Of a stretch of 28,405 nt of DNA, positions 27,001-28,405 are shown piece by piece. Position 1 is the stretch's first letter; each line of letters begins with the position of its first letter. Origin of the DNA: an uncultured virus (IMG/VR IMGVR_UViG_3300030390_001258). Lineage: Duplodnaviria; Heunggongvirae; Uroviricota; Caudoviricetes. Location: the IMG/VR virus record IMGVR_UViG_3300030390_001258, one strand, 5' to 3'. The notes under the pieces are model-generated. The model saw only the letters and a program-made list of their open reading frames with translations. It was not told the DNA's origin and did no database searches. A program made the position numbers and the translations under genes.

Positions 27001-28403
27001 TGAGTCATACATCCTGTAATGCTTGGTATACAAGTTCCATTATCTGTATTTACGTCAGTCAAATAGTTATTAGTAAAAGTCGATCCAACAACAGCAAGAG
27101 GATTTCCTACACCTCCAGCAGTTGCCAATGCTCCGTTATTTGAATTAAATGCGTTTTCATTTAAACATCCTGGTATAACTGGATAACATTCTCCATCAAG
27201 TCCTGGAGTTATTATACAAGTACTATCACTATCATAATTAAACTGTCCTTCAGTCGTACATCCGTACACAACTTGCGGTATAAAAAAGCATTTCTCTGTT
27301 GTTAAACTTAATCCGGTTTGCTCAACTCCATTTGAATCAGTATAAACTAACGTAGGATAAGATTGAGTTATTGTTACACAAAATTCTGCCTCGTTGTTTT
27401 CATTTAGCCAATTAGCCCCGGCGATTGCAAAGTCTCCAGAAGGTACTAATTCTGTAATAACTCCAAGACTTGTTGTGTCTACAGGATTATAACTTATAGG
27501 AAGAGTAAAGTATGTACCTTCGTCATCAGACTCAAATCCTTCTTCACAAGCCTCCCAACTTTCTATTACTCCAAGTTCTTGCGTTCCTTGCGTTCCGTCT
27601 ACTGAACTATACGTTTGAGATAAAGTTATATCTATTTGAGCTTGTACAGAATTTGAATAAGGACCGTCATTACTACCAGTAAAAGACACAACGTAATCAT
27701 GTGAACACCCACTAGGTAGCGGTTCTTCAATCTCAATTGTAGGTCCAACTCCAGGCCCTCCAACAACAAAATACACACATTCACTATTATTTAAATATCC
27801 AGCAGTGTTTGCTTGAGCATTAGCATCATAGTTAGCTGCTGCCGGATCCATACAACCAAAGTTGACTATAGATGGAGCGGTCTCAATGTATGCGGCTATA
27901 TTTAGTGTGTCCGCAGAACACTTGTTTAACAATCTTTTGTTAGGATAAAACGATAAAACAGTGTAGCTAGGAATTTTATAAGAAGAATTGCATCCAGTCA
28001 TATCTGAATACATATAGCCATCTGGGTATTGAACAGCTTCTGCTGATCCAGGTTCTGGTATAAACGAATAGCGATTAGGGGAAGTTAAAAAATTACTTGT
28101 AAACCCTGGCGAAGGAGCTATACCGTTGAATTGGAATTCTGGCATAAATACATCCCCATTAGGATCTTTTATTGTAAATCTCCCTTCTAACCCAGCAATA
28201 GTATCTTCTAATATGTACCAAATTTCATCAAAAGTATAAGCTTTTTCGTTAGTCCACACCTCATCATTTGCACAAGATCCTGGAATATCGCATCGTAATG
28301 GGTTTACTTTTAATCTTATACTTTTATCAAACCGTACATTAAATATTTCATTGCGGGTAATTTCTGCTGTATACCCATTTTGCTCTAAATAATCTAATAG
28401 AGA
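18099..28403 (-). CDS. Giant Cys-rich repeat adhesin-like virion protein, 5'-truncated (>3,430 aa)
   Basis: The frame stays open upstream of the track's GTG at 28259 to the window edge (SLLDYLEQNGYTAEITRNEIFNVRFDKSIRLKVNPLRCDIPGSCANDEVWTNE), so the true start lies outside the window. About 40 GC(T/M)D-type repeats by manual count, plus CBM-like, DUF1566 and SprB-like domains and a helical C-terminal domain. Confidence 0.85.
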   Translation of the reverse strand, partial: SLLDYLEQNGYTAEITRNEIFNVRFDKSIRLKVNPLRCDIPGSCANDEVWTNEKAYTFDEIWYILEDTIAGLEGRFTIKDPNGDVFMPEFQFNGIAPSPGFTSNFLTSPNRYSFIPEPGSAEAVQYPDGYMYSDMTGCNSSYKIPSYTVLSFYPNKRLLNKCSADTLNIAAYIETAPSIVNFGCMDPAAANYDANAQANTAGYLNNSECVYFVVGGPGVGPTIEIEEPLPSGCSHDYVVSFTGSNDGPYSNSVQAQIDITLSQTYSSVDGTQGTQELGVIESWEACEEGFESDDEGTYFTLPISYNPVDTTSLGVITELVPSGDFAIAGANWLNENNEAEFCVTITQSYPTLVYTDSNGVEQTGLSLTTEKCFFIPQVVYGCTTEGQFNYDSDSTCIITPGLDGECYPVIPGCLNENAFNSNNGALATAGGVGNPLAVVGSTFTNNYLTDVNTDNGTCIPSITGCMTQSAVNYNHALVAGVDVNYNDGYTTASHNLPINVNISDSTYCYFCNGIPNITSITESFNTTPDAAGTENDVMYSFSTNGDFDADNAAVDSTTPYVITFNYIATTAIGTANPTILTVRSSEVSEFYTHFYLDNSSNTAPYFLNAGAQSLYSWSVTFSYNWGELNNEAEDIANRCIGDNNQTITHVISLSGAPEYVSGCTDATAFNYNPNATNDDGNTCIDIVYGCNNETAANYNNYNEGNISETSAGTGTDVNTQITPTNDPSNYTDFQCQFVGCTDSSADNYNPNATTGDLNAGDSTSDTSPNYCKFSGCTDSSADNYQSYYNVDDGSCQFSGCTDSTATNYDASANVDDGSCFLNGCMDHGLWPEVSTGSLSGVANTVLNSHNSQNISSPFPGTAADNYNSSATQHTKTCLYTGCTDPTAINYDTGYTAADNSTCIYPGCMNSSNPVIVGSDLDLTGQYTNYNANANSNNCKGPNQSLSGQMTIADLPYGSQPITWLGSAQPGGWIPGVSGKYTISPDTTEGYATGVKITALTGATITTNEINVSIPITEDTTITTGPQISAIGGTKLHPNTSYIITFSATVTQAADVFFEITSPASPAIMGSSAPNFVDAESTYSIDYTALSLTNPGGANINTIPLPGISIPFNISSGLVVTPVQAESSVTSVAANQNTLSTYTINFKTGVSHTDRLVNFTVRGLLATHSVIIHEITSIVQNLCPDVTSDSADDSIKCYLHGCGIDGLYPPGHADAGLPWATNYSDLVTYSLEAGETGPNGEQGCKRGGCMNQYADNYDLFATFDDGSCTIDICTDPALTINNENAENYLISDSDNTNLSVGTVVDPNHLDYTGILFNDSGCVWLGCTNEASFNYDEQATTDTTLNPVHTTSCDAIVEGCTDVQAYNYNDTNDDGIANDPAVNTDDGTCCANLYYEINGVGKYNVLGTGSQGSDLLSTTRYTKVHYSSLGANTVTDTATQFVITAPSAGVNAGGLIYPLAEINDGNPNNLYGINAVGLETNNIYNLSATNVYTGGEDNATFLLKKSDGSTTTIIETIAYAATQNINIDFEYNATHQYYFEWANISNNAIITFSNFEIKKHTAVYPLISQLNCTGVATVDVAFDPLYDIDPITSLGGSGATSMTITTHPPTSAGSPTADYNTTIFTYSNVSWGQLDQANRSELINSTAYAAGSWTAESSNSVITTPTATSVKVTAGSGAGDTGMYAMLNTAGIAEDLIAGGGLNHMNTGYLDNDNSGQTTCYTLEFILTTDDSNVEVDVTDGTNVLATSTAGVSSSVRRMLFSVPTGKEDDIRIQFDSLSENKYAEISAISLKRSFPLGIYDTANSSKGVASFVKITFTYPNESGTLAGCTYTQTIVVSGTCQQTYGCTDNGLEPNGAQLINDIGSDGLAAFNYNNLANINATSASDATDPCVAKVFGCTDSTAFNYDSSANVNQHSETNTTSPCYPKVFGCTDSASHNYNNYWNNNVGTGDTFNQNFHNVIDGAPWVSGSSLGTEYTAADKFSMQEPLRGEDPNPSTMVHQLENSITGPSGFVYTTTTAPAGFGDYPQPLTGVRGIDVNTSISSGPGSCVSIVRGCMDSTATNYNSAANQEFSPSNCCYDLDVADTYLGPLPIVTEEVCEAKPYVYADSGAYSGNILVNVKLGTAPIHEDIQAASAVYTITSKNRADTVIDTVTTSYAALKPGQPGINIKTYKYALDSQATLESAYLNNNTANSAFPTSHTGNDDNRASKITVSVSYESPYEASPSGSTANAGFNPCTLASQDVSLLPSIGTVIDGGIVYKTDATNDHVYIASLDSVANSKWGCVGTNVSGATSTAIGGGLANTTAIEAACTTANTAADRVTNLVQDTFTDWYLPSTGELEEIYTNLKATGLVTSLEGQYWSSTQVDANTAKTISLTDKTNRDVSKTTEAKVLAVRRVNGTHIGSNPACKSLYGCTDPNFLEYYATPTLNADSAGALIDNGTCTTPAIIGCANSNYAEHYDDTTTEILNQGVSSNPFNYPVVLYTSYSGTSVNVNDPTACTNVLVPGCTDFTKTNAYGPTVGTGADGQALFGNAGVPAGISLTYTNKYGVSVTESFDYYNASNGACGNPAVFGCTTKFSDSITYTDIETDVDVTITPSHCAYTSTTNIVNNSLCTSVYGCTDENYSEYTYYDAGCNATASSDNAGVVCKNELILACTDMNYLEGIVNPFAVSTPSMCLTPKVSGCTDTAYAEHYLSFNETGQINNFDPLPGTNTTGDTSLNNGSCINLIGCTNTDYIDAYNSNSYGTITGDGVAIENGGNGYTLGQTLYTGINNATPAFTYSLFSASNGTYGNINSGCQGDLLISGCALTNSTNYVANANIPCTPALSNNECCYESIPGCTDAAASNFDPTATDDDGSCSPHIAGCTNPESPSYNAQATAGNPTATSACIENIYGCIESTVIGLDNVSTASYPCVEPGSNTPGCYQQGYAPGNGVPITAPNTDFSDPTYKGDLNCYPLIVGCTDATALNFNQTETAINASATILPAIPLDTSINALFINVNSACTNCCEASINGCTDSTANNYNSLATVDDGTCTYVSGCMSEAAWNYSSTATLNDGTCEFCQQFDVTHIITKPTKADSTDGIIELSIDPNIGYNITWTVGGLPDSDYDGLTVLTGLSADIDYSYTIYDTVNTSSGVSATFCQLAANTTTDTIVLSPDDFGCTDSTAPNFDADASIDDGSCIINGCTDSTATNYNAAANTNDGSCVYALGCTDLTACNYNTDAVSDDGTCIYPVGHYNCDGLCNNPVDADLYPHLAGYCEEDVSEGCVDVNALNFTGRTVTSRLNINPESPSQIAAIPIAVKDDGTCVYLNECVPKDIYSIQDALKKTISDLSKTVYTQMRTGMLDGVDMEILWKLQLIDYTLNRTGNASLFNCQDYSHLGKVTYSEGVVDSLNYLDRFLTFAFKHGDQHFVQVQNARIAKLKVSKFKNNRNKKRN
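19020..19210 (-). other. SprB-repeat-like domain within the giant protein
   Basis: ITKPT....DG.IEL......YNITW........LTGLSA...YSYTIYD resembles the Bacteroidota SprB repeat. Confidence 0.6.
21215..21670 (-). other. DUF1566/Lcl-like domain within the giant protein
   Basis: IGTVIDGGIVY; WGC.GT...GA.STAIGGG.ANT.AI...C; FTDWYLPS..EL; YWSSTQ; VLAVRR. Confidence 0.85.
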
Positions 28404-28405
28404 TT

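Noticed and set aside
18500..27870. Recurring tgtacatcc/tgtacaacc DNA motifs as a CRISPR array or regulatory repeats
   Set aside because: They are the codons for Gly-Cys-Thr in the protein repeats, irregularly spaced and synonymously varied.
28257..28259. GTG at 28259 as the start of the giant gene
   Set aside because: The frame is open for 48 more codons to the window edge, so the true start is probably upstream.
1..28405. Stop-codon reassignment as in some Crassvirales
   Set aside because: Late genes of 2,185 and >3,400 codons are uninterrupted under the standard code and coding density is near complete.

Overview
An AT-rich, almost gap-free block of minus-strand genes. It reads as the late tail/cargo/lysis module of a crAss-like (Crassvirales-type) phage, probably infecting an aquatic Bacteroidota (Flavobacteriales-like) host. 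In transcription order (right to left) it encodes: (1) a giant, 5'-truncated protein of >3,400 aa with about 40 Cys-rich GCTD..A.NY...A..DDG.C repeats, CBM-like, DUF1566/Lcl and SprB-like domains; (2) a small helical protein and two fibre proteins, one with collagen triplets; (3) a five-gene cell-envelope cassette: a signal-peptide outer-membrane beta-barrel, two paralogous TM+coiled-coil proteins, an exported thioredoxin-fold protein lacking CxxC, and a secreted protein with a T9SS-type C-terminal domain; (4) an M15 endolysin and a holin; (5) a tail ring protein, a basic protein, an IHF-like protein, a 59-aa CWKGY protein missed by the ORF track, and a tail tubular protein; (6) an enlarged 2,185-aa muzzle protein with a DUF1566 insertion; (7) two cargo/ejection proteins, the last also missed by the track, 3'-truncated, with a pre-toxin-TG-like N-terminus. 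The code is standard. I saw no tRNA, CRISPR array, integrase or DGR reverse transcriptase. All family assignments come from motif recognition by eye, not from database searches.
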